Positions 15,041-27,507 of a stretch of DNA of 64,000 bases are shown here, piece by piece. Source of the DNA: Sphagnum compactum (Eukaryota); NCBI GenBank assembly GCA_965153455.1, contig OZ234493.1:19582213-19646212 (forward strand), given 5' to 3'. The position numbers and the translations under genes are program-made. Below the pieces are notes generated by a model that was given only the letters and a program-made list of their open reading frames with translations, did not search any database and was not told the DNA's origin. Position 1 is the stretch's first letter; each line of letters starts with the position of its first letter.

Positions 15041-17297
15041 TGTGAAGGGGGATTATTATTTTCGATGTTTTCATAAATTACTTGCCTCTATCCCTAGAGG
15101 CATCCTAGTCCTTTGTCTCATGAGGTGGTTTGGTTGTTTGATGCTCTCCATTGTTATTTCCCTCCATTGTTATCTAAAAAAAATATTTTTATTTTCCTAT
15201 TTGTTGTATTCCATGTTTTTATTTTCATATTTATTATAATATTAAATTTTAAAAAAAGGTTCTAACACTTTATAATGCACCAACCAATGAAAATAATAGA
15301 AATCATTCTTGTGACTCTAACACCCTATAAAAATGCTTTTGTCCATGGTTTGATGATTCATTGCAAAAAAACTCTTTGTGCACATGAAAACAAAAAATCT
15401 TTTTTCTCATTTTTCTTCTCCTCCACAACATCCCAATCTTGAAATAAGCCAACAAAATATCACACTACCTCCACACCCAATTCCTCCATGCCAAATTTTC
15501 CACATTGCATACCTTGAACCCATGTCCAATCAATATCATGACATTCATCCCTTAAATCCACCCACATCATGACGATGTTTTATTGCAATCCAATCACCAG
15601 TATCATTTTACAATTGGAAGAGGGATCCATGCTAGTATTATTTGGTTCTTGATTCTAAAAGGAATTTTTTGGTCCTGGTTCTAAAACTTTTAATTTTTTT
15701 CAATGGAACCTTTGGTCTAGTCCTTGGACCGGTCCTTTGAATTTCTAAGACCTTTTGGTTTTTGTCTTTTCTTAAGAAAATTGAAGCTAAGTTTAATTTA
15801 ATATTAAATCTAGTTCCATCTCCATTACACAAAACAAAACAAAATTATTTTGTGTAATTTTATTAAATTTTTCAACTGGTCCATACAATCCAAAATAAAG
15901 ATTATATAATGTTAATTATGTACAACCAATTAAAATTAACTACTTGTGTCAAAAATATGGTCAAGTTGTCTTTTTTGTGGGGGACAAGTTTATACTTATT
16001 TACCTAGAAAAATTGAACCTATTCAAGAAAGGATGATACCCCATTTAGGTTTTAATTCAGTTGCCAAAAAGTCCAATTGCCCGGTTTGGTTCCAATGGTG
16101 TTACTAACAAAACTTTGAACGTCCATCCTGGATATAAGCCTAGAATTTGACCTAGAGCTTTGGATTTGAACCTAACAACAATCCATGCCACAAGTGATTC
16201 CCCCTAAATGGTGGGCATAACATGTATGACATGACCACAATGCAAAGCTCCTCTTGTGGGCAGAGTTTCAGAATTTTTTTCTTAAATTGCCAAAAGAAAG
16301 GAGTAAATTTTTGAGTTTTTGAGTTGCCAATAAAATCTATTTTCTTGCGTTGCACACATTCCGCCGATAATGTGCCTTACAGATCCACTTCAAAAATTGT
16401 GCCGGTGCTTTTACGCTGGTTACAAAATGGGTGGCAGGCGAGAACCGGGACATCGGGACACGGGCCTTGACCGCAGGTAAAACTAACTGCCCCCGGAGAA
16501 CAAACAGGACAGTCGTTGCACTGGAACCTTTCATCGAGGTTCCAGAATCTTCCCATACTCTCGCAAGCCGCCTCTGCGATGCCCGGAGCTCTGCCTCTTC
16601 TTCCCTGCCAAGATTCCCAGACTTTTGCCCGGCCCGACAAAAGCAGCAGCAGCAGCTGCGTAGCTCCTACGGAACTGTCCGCCTTGAATGCTCGTCCTCT
16701 TTGCACCACCTCTTTCCGAATATTAAGAGCTCGAACTAGATATGCCGATGAACATTAGGGGAAAATTACGAAAGGCAAGCACACATGATGGTCGAAGAAC
16801 ATGATGATGATGCTCCGCCCAGCTAATGTCCAACTCCATAGATTTTGCCTCGACTGCATGATTATGCGCATGTGTCTTGCATTCTGTTGACGTTTTGATG
16901 CCTTTGCAAATCTCACCTCTGGTGTCAATTTCTTCTCTCCGTGATCATCTCCTGATTAGGCCCCCAACCATTTCAGCTCCCACGTGTACTAGTCGTCCAT
17001 TTGAGGTCCAGCTTCCGATTTGGTGCTTTCTCTTTGTCGATGCTTGTTCCGTTCTATCTTTGCTCTGTGAAGATCACTGCTCTAAATTTGTGTCGGGTGG
17101 AAATCCTTTTCTTATGATCATTTCCCTTTCTTTCAACTTCGCCACACTTGAGCAGCTAGATTGCTGCGTAGCATACATAGAACTTGTCCTCAGCTCATAG
17201 CAGCATTTGTTGCTTACGCAAACCCAATTCCTTGTTTTCCATAGATGCCCACATCTGAGCTGAAGTAGTAAGAAAACTAAGGTAGCTGCATCCAGAG

Positions 17298-19262
17298 ATG
17301 GGCGATGGGGGCGAATCAGAATGGGATTCAGCTACTTCTCATAGGTCGAACTTGCGGGGTAAATTCAAGGAGCAGATCAGAAGATTAAAATGGACCAGAG
17401 TCAATAGAGGCAGAGGCCGCAAATTAGGCACTGCCTGCTTGAGTTTCAGACAGCGTTGTCAGCCTGGTTCTAGTAGTCGCTTAAGCTCAGATTCTCCGGA
17501 AGCCGGGAAAGCTCCAATTTGTAGAGCAAACGAAGCTTCAGATCAGTCTGTAGTGCTACCGAGACTTCACTCTGATGATAGAGGAAAGCGCATTGATCAA
17601 CTCGAGAACAACATAGAGGAGTACTGTGGCGAAGTATCGTGTCTTCCAGCAAATGCAGATGGCACAAATCCTAATTCTCGGGTTCTTGAAAGATGTGGTA
17701 ACAGGGAGGAGACAGCGAATTGCAGCTTGGTTAATCAGATCGTGGGCTGTCATGATTCTCCGATCCTTCATGGAAGTTCCGGCAGTCGAGGGCCAGGGGA
17801 GGAGAAAATCAACGGAATCCGACAGCAGAATAACAAATGGGTAGTTGAGATGCGGGTGGCAGGGAAGGAGAAGCAGCACTTACTGGGGTTCAAACGAATC
17901 TGGCTGGGCACCTACTACACATGGGATGAAGCTGTTCGTGCTCGCGACGTGGGTGTGTTCTATTGCGGCAAAGAGCCTCGCCGCTACTTCTCTCCTGCTT
18001 ATATACCCTTTCTCCCTTCCCTAGAGACACTCATTGTCTCTAGAGAACCTGACAAAATTTCAGCAAGCATAAAAGCTCTCGCTGCGAAGAACTCGACAAA
18101 GCCAGACTTGGGTACCTCTGGTGCTCCTCCTTGCAGTCATCTCTGTCATTCCTGCGCAGCAGCTCAGGTACTGCAGCCCCAGACCATATCACACACAGAT
18201 AATGGTCTCGCTAGTTTGCATCAGGCTCAGACTGAAGGCTTCAAACACTTCCAGGATGTGGATCAAGATCGAAGAGCAGAAGGTGCCCTTCCCCAGGATC
18301 AGCTTGATCAAGCTCAGAGGGATATGGAACAAGCTCAAAGAGCAGCCTGCGCCATTCCCCAGGATCTTGAACATGTTCAGAGGAATATGCAGGATCAAGC
18401 TCGAAGAGCAGCCTATGCCATTCCCCAAGATCTTGATCATGCTCAGAGGGCTATGGTTCCCACTCCACAACAAGCCTTCCCAAATGCAAAGGAACTGGAT
18501 CAATATCAGAACCCACTGTATGATCAGAGAGGTAATGCACAAACCCTAGAAGGTGAAGCTCAAGATCTGGATCAACTAGCCTTGACAAACGTGTTGCCTG
18601 AGGCCACTACCGAGGAAGAAGATTGTGGCTATGGCTGGGACGTCATGGACCATGTCCTCAGACACATGAGTTGCAGTGCATCTGATCAGAATATTGGGGA
18701 TCAATGTAGAAATTTTGTAGATGATTTTGAAGTAGACTACTGGGCTCAGTGGGAAGACCAGAGAAATGGGTGGGAGTTAGGTTTGCTGGATCCATGTGAG
18801 ACTGCGAAATTTGAGATGGGAAATTCATGGCAATATTGCCAATTTGCATCAGGTTCAGTTGTTGGAGCTCTCATGAATCAAGTTGAAAAAGAAGACCATG
18901 CATCAAATTGCATCTTTCCACTTGTGCCTCCGATTTCAGATAGCACAACTGCATACAATAATGTAGATGGATCAAATTGTGTCATTCCACATTTTCTGGC
19001 TCAGATTTCAGATTGCACAACTGAATACAATAGTGCACAGAAAGAAGCTCATGGTCAGAGTTTTGGGGATCATGTGTTTGAATCTGATCAGATGGAAAAT
19101 GGGAGTGAAGACTGTAGACGTTCACCTGGGCTTCGAGAGACAGATTGGAGAATGGACCTTGTGCAGGGTTTGGATCAGATGCAATTTTTTTCACCCTTAT
19201 GGGATGAATTGAATGAGCCAGATTTCGAGCAGGCATACATCAAATGGTTGTCAAATCAATGA
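17298..19262 (+). CDS. Single-exon AP2/ERF-domain transcription factor-like protein (654 aa)
   Basis: Long ORF. AP2 domain at ~17805-17996: INGIRQ...KWVVEMR...RIWLGTY..WDEAVRARDVGVFYCGK. Acidic C-terminus ending FFSPLWDELNEPDFE. Confidence 0.85.
   Translation: MGDGGESEWDSATSHRSNLRGKFKEQIRRLKWTRVNRGRGRKLGTACLSFRQRCQPGSSSRLSSDSPEAGKAPICRANEASDQSVVLPRLHSDDRGKRIDQLENNIEEYCGEVSCLPANADGTNPNSRVLERCGNREETANCSLVNQIVGCHDSPILHGSSGSRGPGEEKINGIRQQNNKWVVEMRVAGKEKQHLLGFKRIWLGTYYTWDEAVRARDVGVFYCGKEPRRYFSPAYIPFLPSLETLIVSREPDKISASIKALAAKNSTKPDLGTSGAPPCSHLCHSCAAAQVLQPQTISHTDNGLASLHQAQTEGFKHFQDVDQDRRAEGALPQDQLDQAQRDMEQAQRAACAIPQDLEHVQRNMQDQARRAAYAIPQDLDHAQRAMVPTPQQAFPNAKELDQYQNPLYDQRGNAQTLEGEAQDLDQLALTNVLPEATTEEEDCGYGWDVMDHVLRHMSCSASDQNIGDQCRNFVDDFEVDYWAQWEDQRNGWELGLLDPCETAKFEMGNSWQYCQFASGSVVGALMNQVEKEDHASNCIFPLVPPISDSTTAYNNVDGSNCVIPHFLAQISDCTTEYNSAQKEAHGQSFGDHVFESDQMENGSEDCRRSPGLRETDWRMDLVQGLDQMQFFSPLWDELNEPDFEQAYIKWLSNQ
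18250..18480 (+). repeat. Coding tandem repeat, ~21-aa units, in the AP2 gene
   Basis: ALPQDQLDQAQRDMEQAQRAAC / AIPQDLEHVQRNMQDQARRAAY / AIPQDLDHAQRAM; DNA core CCC(C)AGGATC..GATCAAGCTC. Confidence 0.85.
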
Positions 19263-19599
19263 GTCTTTTCTTTCTTTCTTTCTTTTAATTTAACGTCAAT
19301 ACCCGGACCAGAGAGATCCATTTGACGAGAGTCCATCATCCAGCTCCAATTGAAACCTAAACTTCAATTTCAATGTGTCTTATCTTGGAGAATTTTGCCT
19401 TATTTTTATGTGAAAGTCATACACTGTGCACCAAACTGTAAACTAGGGTTCACTTTTAAGTCCTCTATAGTAAGTTGAGTATAAGCAGTGCTGTTGACAA
19501 CCTCTCAACTTCCACTCCTTGAAGACCCACCTCCAAATTCACACTTCTGATTTGCTCTTGGCTTTAAGAAGTTGAACTATGATCTCCACAGTGAACATC

Positions 19600-19890
19600 G
19601 ATGTCTTTTTTAAAGGAATTTTCTGATGCTGCCAAAGTGGCAATCAGCCATAGCAAGATGTAGAAATAGTGGTAAGTGTCTCCCTAAACCAGTTTTGAAA
19701 TAAAAATCTTTAATAAAACCTTCTATATTGTTGGCTACATACTGAAAACCATATATAGAAATCTGGCTACTCTATATACATGTTTTTCACTTCTGGCAAT
19801 TGACTGCCTAAAAAATCACTGCATTTTTGACTTTATGATTCTAGCTTTCACTTCTTGGCAAAATTTCACCGGGAGCAAAAGGGCTGGCTG
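19600..19890. repeat. Copy of an abundant dispersed hAT-MITE-like repeat
   Basis: GCCAAAGTGGC...AAATCTGGCTAC blocks also seen near 2660-2750, 43880-44090, 51870-52145 and 63680-63968. Confidence 0.6.
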
Positions 19891-20249
19891 CGTATGGTAG
19901 ATTTCTTCCAGCATCACTTATATGGTGGTCGGAAGTAAGATAAGACTCATATCCTCTGTTTTCAATCTCATTTTTTTTGGTTTTGTAGTCCAAAGTTGGA
20001 CTAAATTTTTGGAAGTTTTTTATCATTCATCTTTTGAGTTGAGAAGGTTTTATGCACTTGACCATGGCTCTTCCATCCATGGGCGAATTCCTTTTCATAT
20101 TGAGGTGGGGGAATCTAGAGTCTCCCCAAACCCAAATTAAGTGACTTCAAGTCTCTGATCCTTTTTGGTGCATCTGGAGGGCACATTATCAAGCCAAATC
20201 TGTCCTTTGCAAATGGTGGGGTTTTTTTTTTTTGAAAAAGCAGACACTC

Positions 20250-21980
20250 ACGCCAGTGGGCATTTTGCTTTTCAAAATGCCACACCTGTTTTTTTCTGAT
20301 TTTTGGGTGAGAAATCAAAAAATGAAATTCTTCTGGTGCTATACATAGAGTAATGCCCTTGGGGTGGGGCGTTCCCAAAATAAGCACCCATCTTCGACTT
20401 CATCTTGGGCAGGCACTTATTTCATGAATCTACTTTGAAGGTGTTAGAAGTGTTAGTTTAGTTATTTAATTAAATCATGATTAGTTTAGTGTTAAGTTGG
20501 ATTAACATAATTTATTATGTTTTAACTTAGAATTGATTCAAATATAAACATGGTTTGAATTATTCAGTGTTTGGGATATACTCTTGAGGTGTGCATTTAA
20601 AAATCATTTTTGTTTAGATATGATACACAAAGTTAAGGTGTTCTTATATCATTTGTGGGGACAATGATAAATATAAGTGTTCATATGGTAGTGCCCGACA
20701 AAATTGTTACCCTACACTTCATCCATTCGTTGTAAAGAATTCAAACAAATTTTATTTTTCTAGTGTTTTCAGAGGGCACCATATATACTTGCATATCCCT
20801 CTTTGAATAGAGGAGGGATCTTACACCTACTCCTTAAGAGTGGGAGGGATGTTATGCCTACTTGTAGGTGTATGATCCCTCCCATTCTTACACCTGGTGA
20901 TCTATGAATGTTTAGATTCCCATGAGCAGAGAATATTCTCTAGGTGTGGGCCTGGCCGTGGGTTTCCACCTTGACCTAAGCCCCTTTTTCTTGGAATGGC
21001 CTCGCCTTGGGGCTTTGTCCTACATGTAAAGGATTTTACTCGGCTTATTGTGGCATATTTCATAATGCAGAATATTTCACTTTCTTGCCAAGTGCTGAAT
21101 CTACACTTTAAAAGGCAGAAAGGGCAACTAAAGTCCTTTATACCAGGTACATGCCCAAGGGTATATTCTCTAATACAGAAGGAACCCTTATTCAACATAA
21201 TGTCACAAAAGAGTTCCGTAACCCCTACACCCCTTCCCCCCATTTGATGTAAAAACTAGAAACCTAGCAGAAAATTTCTAGTGTATTTGGAGGTAACTTT
21301 AGAGAGTGCAACAACATCTAATCAGCAGAGAGGTGGGCATTTAGCCTTTCAAAATGCCTGCCTCTTTTTCTTTCTTTTTTGCCCATCCAAATATAAGAAC
21401 AAGATGAAAAATAGATCTAGTAGGGTTTTATGCTAGGCAATACCCTCAGTGTGGGCCATTTCCAAAGTAAGTGCCCCAAATTGAGAAGTCGGAGATCACA
21501 TGTCAAGTATCCAAACACTGAGTTTTTTCATTCCACTCTTTTCTTTCCTTTTCAAGGGGATGCCTCACTCCTTGGGTGTTACTCTACATGTAATCATTGA
21601 TGGGCCCTTTACTACAGAAATGCCTCACAATAGGCTTGGGCATTATCTTACACATACTCTCTCACATCAAGAGTTCCCTTGTCAACAAGTGCTTACTTGG
21701 TGAATGCCTTGCTCCTGGGGTGTTATGGTAGGCATAATCTCACATCAAGAGTTCCAAAGGGTCCTCCAATTTGACATAACCTCGGTTACTTTGAAAAATA
21801 AAGAAAATAATATTTCACCTTGGGGTGCTTATTAGGGGAATGCCACCCGACTGGGGCGTTACCGTATGCCTAATCTCATGTCAAGAGTTCCAAAGGGTCG
21901 TCCTATTTGTCATAAAACCTCAGTTCCTTTGGAAAAGAAAGAAAAGACTTCATTCTACTTTGAAATTCTGGGGCACCTTG
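20250..21980. repeat. Dispersed repeat family with internal duplications
   Basis: GTGGGCATTT.GC.TTTCAAAATGCC at ~20255 and ~21333; three TCTCA(C/T)(A/G)TCAAGAGTTCC copies in 21660-21900; 20770-20830 matches the reverse complement of ~52460-52530. Confidence 0.55.
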
Positions 21981-22479
21981 CTAGTTCGCTGTTTTGCATT
22001 GAGATATTTCACACACATGCAGCACATGTGATTTATGACACGGTCACTTCAATGAAATCTTCCATTTGGTTTAGGGTTTCCTTGGTTTAGGATTTAGGGT
22101 TTAGGGTTCCCTTGGTTTAGTACCATCTAGTACCCTTCCATTTGGTGGTAAGTTAGGGCCATTACTGTCCTGTCCAAATTATGTGGTAGATAAAGCTCGG
22201 GCAGTAGGCCAGAGTGAACCAGCCCCCATGACTGCACCAGTTGACTGTTCTGTCCATAGGATGGGCTGGATGATTTGCCTCTTTTTCATTCACCTCTTTA
22301 CCTTACGTTAACCAACATTCTACCACAGTCAATCTTTTTTGGCTGCTGACCTTTGACCATTTCTTTTCATTGCCAAATTTTTCTCAACCCTGACCTCCAT
22401 ACTACCCACCCACCTAGCTACTATGCTGAACTAAATCTTAGCCCTGCCTATTAACTAAGAATTAATCAATTACTTACCT

Positions 22480-23190
22480 TGGCAAAACTTTTTATCTCCT
22501 CTTGGCTAAACTTATATTTCTTCTTGGCTAAACTTATAGTTTTTTTGGCTAAACTTCTATCTCTCGGAAAAACCTATATATTTTATTGGCTAAATTTCTA
22601 TCTCTTGGCTAAACCTATATATTTTATTGGCTAACTTTTATTTCTTCGTTAAACTTATATATATTTTTGACTAAACTTCTATCTCTTGGCTAATTCTATA
22701 TTTCTTCTTGGTTAAACTTATATTTCTTGACTAAACTTCTATCTCTTGGTTAAACCTATATATCTTACTAGCTAACTTCTATTTTTTGTTTAAACCTATA
22801 TTTCTTATTGGCTAAACTTCTATCTCTTGGTTAAACCTATATTTTTTCTTGGTTAAACTTATATTTTTTGGCTAAACTTCTATCTCTTGGCTATACCTAT
22901 ATTTCTTCTTGGCTAAACTACTTTTTCTTGGCTAAACTTCTCTCTCTTGGCAAAACTTATATCTTTTGGCTAAACTTATATTCTTTTTTGTTAAACTTAT
23001 ATTTCTTGATTAAACTTATATCCCTTGGCAAAACCTATATATCTTATTAGTTAAAATTATTTATTTTAGTTAGACCTATATTTCTTTTTGGTTAAATTTG
23101 TATATTTTGGCTAAACCTATATTTCTTCTTAGCTAAACTTCTATTTCTTGGCAAACTTTATATATCTTATTGGTTAAACTTATACCTAAT
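22480..23190 (+). repeat. Left subterminal minisatellite, ~20-22 bp unit
   Basis: About 30 degenerate copies of TTGG(C/T)TAAAC(C/T)T(A/C)TAT(T/C)TC. Confidence 0.9.
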
Positions 23191-24249
23191 TCCTACTCTA
23201 GAAATTAACCAAAAAGTAAATACATTTTTCAGTAATGCCATTTTAATTATTTGCAAAAGATCTATTTATTGGCAAAACCTACCTACTCACACATCATTAT
23301 ACCTACCTATGCACTTGCAAATTATGGACTTCAATTGCAAAAATTATAATGTAAAATGTGGGTATTGCAATTACGAGAATTGTTTTGGCAGCAATCCTTT
23401 ACCTCCACTTTGGACCATTTAATGCAAGATGTACTTAATTTAATTAAGGAATAGGCTTGATAAATTTAGAGTTAAAAAAAGATCAAACATTTATGAATAT
23501 TTGCACAATTTTTAATACTAATCAAAATCAATTTTAGGTTGGATTTTGGGGGGCAAATTTGGTCAAATTTTCACATACAAATACTTGCAACAGGATGCAT
23601 TTTATCTCTTTTGAAGGTGAATGAAAAAAGTCTCAAGTTGAAGTGACCGCACTAAAAGGAAGAGAATAAACTCTTATTTCATTCATTTAATTTTTTCTTT
23701 TCATTGTGTTTCAATTTTAATTCTTCACTCAATCTTAAAAAATTATTTTGTATGACATTTGTATATGTTTATATAGTTATTAATTTTTATGTCATTTACC
23801 ATTAAAATTGTTTAGGTTTATATATAAATTTTTGGGGCAATTAGTTTTAAACTCTAAGGCTAATGCTTCCATTCATTATAAATTTTAATTGATTATTTTT
23901 AAAATTCAAAACATAGTTGTTATAAATGGCTTTTGTATTCCATTTGTAGTTTTGTTTGTATAATCATTAGGTTGAAAACATTTCTCATTAGGATTATTTA
24001 AGGTTTTAAGTTTAAGGTTTAATGAAATTGTGTGTTGATTTATTTAGGTTGTGTTTTCAAATCAAGATACAACTCCTTTGAATGTGATATGATCCTTTAA
24101 CGTCAACGGTATGATATTTTTTCGTAATCATTTTCTTATGTTTTTTTATTGTTCCTAATTTAAGGAAATCAATTTCTTTGGATGGTTTTAATACGGTCAT
24201 CAAATTTCACTAAAAATGTTCCATGTTTGATATATGGATTTAACATTTT

Positions 24250-24850
24250 GGCCTCCCATAGATAGTGTGGATTTAAGGTCATAATGCTAATATTACATTT
24301 TGTCACCCACATATAGTGTGCATCTTTAAATTGTCATGTAGGTATTGCATTTCCCTCTCCCATATATAGTGTGGATTATGGTCATAATGTGGGTATTGCA
24401 CTTTCCCCCCCACATACAGTGTGCATCTTTAAATTATCATGTAGGTATTGCATTTAGGGCTCCGACATATAGTGTGGATTAAGGTCATAATGTGAGTATT
24501 GCATTTTCCCCCCATATATAGTGTGCATTTTTAAATTGTCATGCAGGTATTACATTTAGGGTTCGCACATATAGTGTGGATTAATGTCATAATGTGGGTA
24601 TTGCATTTTTTCCCCCATATACAATGTGCATATTTAAATTGTCATGCAGGTATTGCATTTAAGGCTCCCACATATAGTGTGGATTAAGGTCATAATGTGG
24701 GTATTGCATTTTTCCCCCATATATAGTGTGCATCTTTAAATTGTCATGTAGGTATTACATTTTTTTTTCCATAAATAGTGCAGTTTGTTAACTATCATGT
24801 GGGTATTACATTTAGATTATCCATAGATAATATGGATTTAAAATTTACAA
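24250..24850 (+). repeat. Tandem array of alternating ~51-bp A/B units (~103-bp dimer)
   Basis: ATAGTGTGGATTAAGGTCATAATGTGGGTATTGCA alternates with ATAGTGTGCATCTTTAAATTGTCATGTAGGTATTGCA. Motif positions 24341, 24392, 24444, 24495, 24546, 24597, 24649, 24700, 24751, 24802. Confidence 0.92.
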
Positions 24851-26779
24851 TTATGGCCAAAAACCATATCATATGTTCTCCATACTTAGCATTTAAGGTA
24901 TTATGTGCATGACTGTAAAGGGTTTAGATGAAGAATACAAATTAGGTACTTAAAACATGTACATTTGTATTAGTATTGAATATGACAATTAACATGTAAT
25001 TCAACATATTGCAAACATAAATTTTTGGACATCAATATCAATTTATTGTTTTTTCTTGTATAATCAGCTCAAGGCATAGTTTCAAACATGGGTCGTGTTT
25101 CAAAATCTCAATATATTGAGATTCAAAACCCAAAGAAGTCACGATTTAACAAAATGGACTTGGTGTGGAAAAAAAGATGTTCGACATGGAGGGGCACATA
25201 TAATCGAGGTTGAATGTGCATACATCCCACATGCACGAATCTCGGAATTTCTAAATGGTGAACAAAGCCATGAAGACTCCCCAATGGAGTGGAACATTTA
25301 TAAGCGGGTACCCTCACAAGAAAATGTAAAAATGCCAAGAATCCAAAACTGCCTCGACCATATTTGGTATGATATTTTATTATTCACTTTTGTTATATGG
25401 AACTTGTTTTTTAACTTCATATTGTACCAAACTTTAGGTCCTAAATTGATTTTACATTTTGTAGGTATACATGTGGGTATGGGCCAGAAGTTAATTGTGA
25501 AGACCCAAATCACCATCGATCCATTAAACGGGGTTGTTTAGTTCAATTTTCGATTAGGTGATTGTACACATGACCCGAAGTGGCAGAGATAATCTTCTAC
25601 CATTGAGCTCATACATGGCCAATGGTGAGCTTGCACTTGACAAACATGACCTTGATTCCATTGTGCGACCATCTTTTTTTGCCCCACAAATGTCACAAGC
25701 CCTTAAGGACCACATATGGACCCGATTGGGTTTAGGCTACATCGTCAAGTAAATATATGATAAACATAAGGCAATATGGTGGGCTAGAATCAATGCAAAA
25801 GAAGCGATGATAAGGGATGATTTCATTAGACAACAAGATATTACTTACTTGGATTGCAAACACAAAAAAAGGAGTTGACGTTTACACCAAAATCCTGTCG
25901 CACATGGGCATTTAGTCATCTAAATGATGTGTTTTAGTTTCAAGATGCAAGTGAGGATAATGGGATTCATGTCCCATTCATAATAAGGATACATACCCCA
26001 TTTTAATTGCAAGCCAGGGTTTCATGAGGTGATAATGGGGCAATCTCAATGGATGCCACTTTCGGCACCAATGATGTGAAATTTCATTTGTTCACATTGA
26101 TGGTGTTTGATGCACATCACAATGGAATGCTGGTTGCATGGATCAATACAAGCCTCCAAACATGCGATGATTTGGTGGAATGGTTAACTCCTTTGAAAAC
26201 AAAGTTTCTAAGGAAGAACCCTAAATGGAAACCTTCATGTTTCATCGTTGATGATGCTCCACAAGAAGTACGAGCATTGCGGTGAGTTTTATTTTCATTT
26301 TACCTTTTTTTGAGCTTTTATGTACATGCAGCCATTTCAAAATTTCATCCCACATTCTCCATTTTAAATAATGTTATTAGTTGAAATGATAGTAAATTGG
26401 AATTTTATGCATGGTTAGGATTGTGTGGGGTGATGATCAAGTGCCCATTTACCTTTGCACGTGACACATCTTAGAGGCTTGGTGCTTATGTTCGATGGAA
26501 AAAATCAAAGACAATGAAGTGCGACATGTAATATTGGATGACCTTCACACCGTCATGTATATGCCCATTGAACCAAGTGAAAGCATTGAAGCCTTCATGA
26601 TTTGTGGGAGAAATAAGATTGAAAGCTCCACCCAACATTTACTCGATGATTCATGGATTCGATATTTTTGGACCTATTATTTCCAAGTTGGTATGTGAAT
26701 TAACTTTCAATCCATTATTATTGTTGCACCATGTTGTGCATATCCCAAAATATTCACTCTTTGAATTAAGGTAAAAACA

Positions 26780-27090
26780 CCAATGGTGGATTTAGTAATC
26801 CCATGTGGGTGCAAAATGCAATACTCACATTAAGACCTTAATGTGGGAGCACTAAATGTAATACTTGCATGACAATTTAAAGTTGTACACTGTATGTGGG
26901 GGCAAAGTGCAATATTCACATTATGACCCTAATCCACACTATATGTGGGAGCTTTAAATGTAATACATGCATGATAATTTAAAGATGCACACTAAATATG
27001 GGGAAAAAATGCAATACCCACATTATGACCCTAATCCATATTATATATGGTAGAAATAATTGCACGACAATTTATAGATGCACACTGTAT
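26780..27090 (-). repeat. Inverted copy of the 51-bp array inside a transposase intron
   Basis: TGCAATACCCACATTATGACCCTAATCC and ATTTAAAGATGCACACT are reverse complements of the 24250-24850 units. Confidence 0.85.
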
Positions 27091-27507
27091 CTTGTTATAG
27101 ATTTGTGGATGGTGGGGCTTCGACAAGTGTCACATTCAAACCAAGACACACAAGCATCAATTGAGTCTTACCATGGGGCATTGAAACGTTGGTTCTCTTT
27201 GGAAACAAAATGGCTTCAAGGTCGACGACTTGATTGGTTAGTGTGGAGACTCACGACAACAGTTGCAATACATGCACACAACTAAAATGAAGAAACACAG
27301 GTTCATAAAAAAAAGGTTGTGGAACGCATTGTGAAAACAAATGTTGAAAAGGCCACATTGATCCCTCACACCAATGTCACCCATGGGATAGATGATTCGA
27401 ATGAAACTGGCCATGCATGGATGGTACGAAGCCAACAACATTTGAATATGACATATAAGGTCCCACTTCTTTTCACTAAGTATGCTTGTTGCACATGTGA
27501 ATGGGCG

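Noticed and set aside
16337-17200. Short ORFs and a GCC box (AGCCGCC, 16566) upstream of the AP2 gene
   Set aside because: GC-rich promoter/leader region; a single 7-mer is not enough to claim autoregulation.
22068-22108. TTTAGGG telomere-like repeats
   Set aside because: Only three or four imperfect copies; such short tracts are common and are not an interstitial telomere array.
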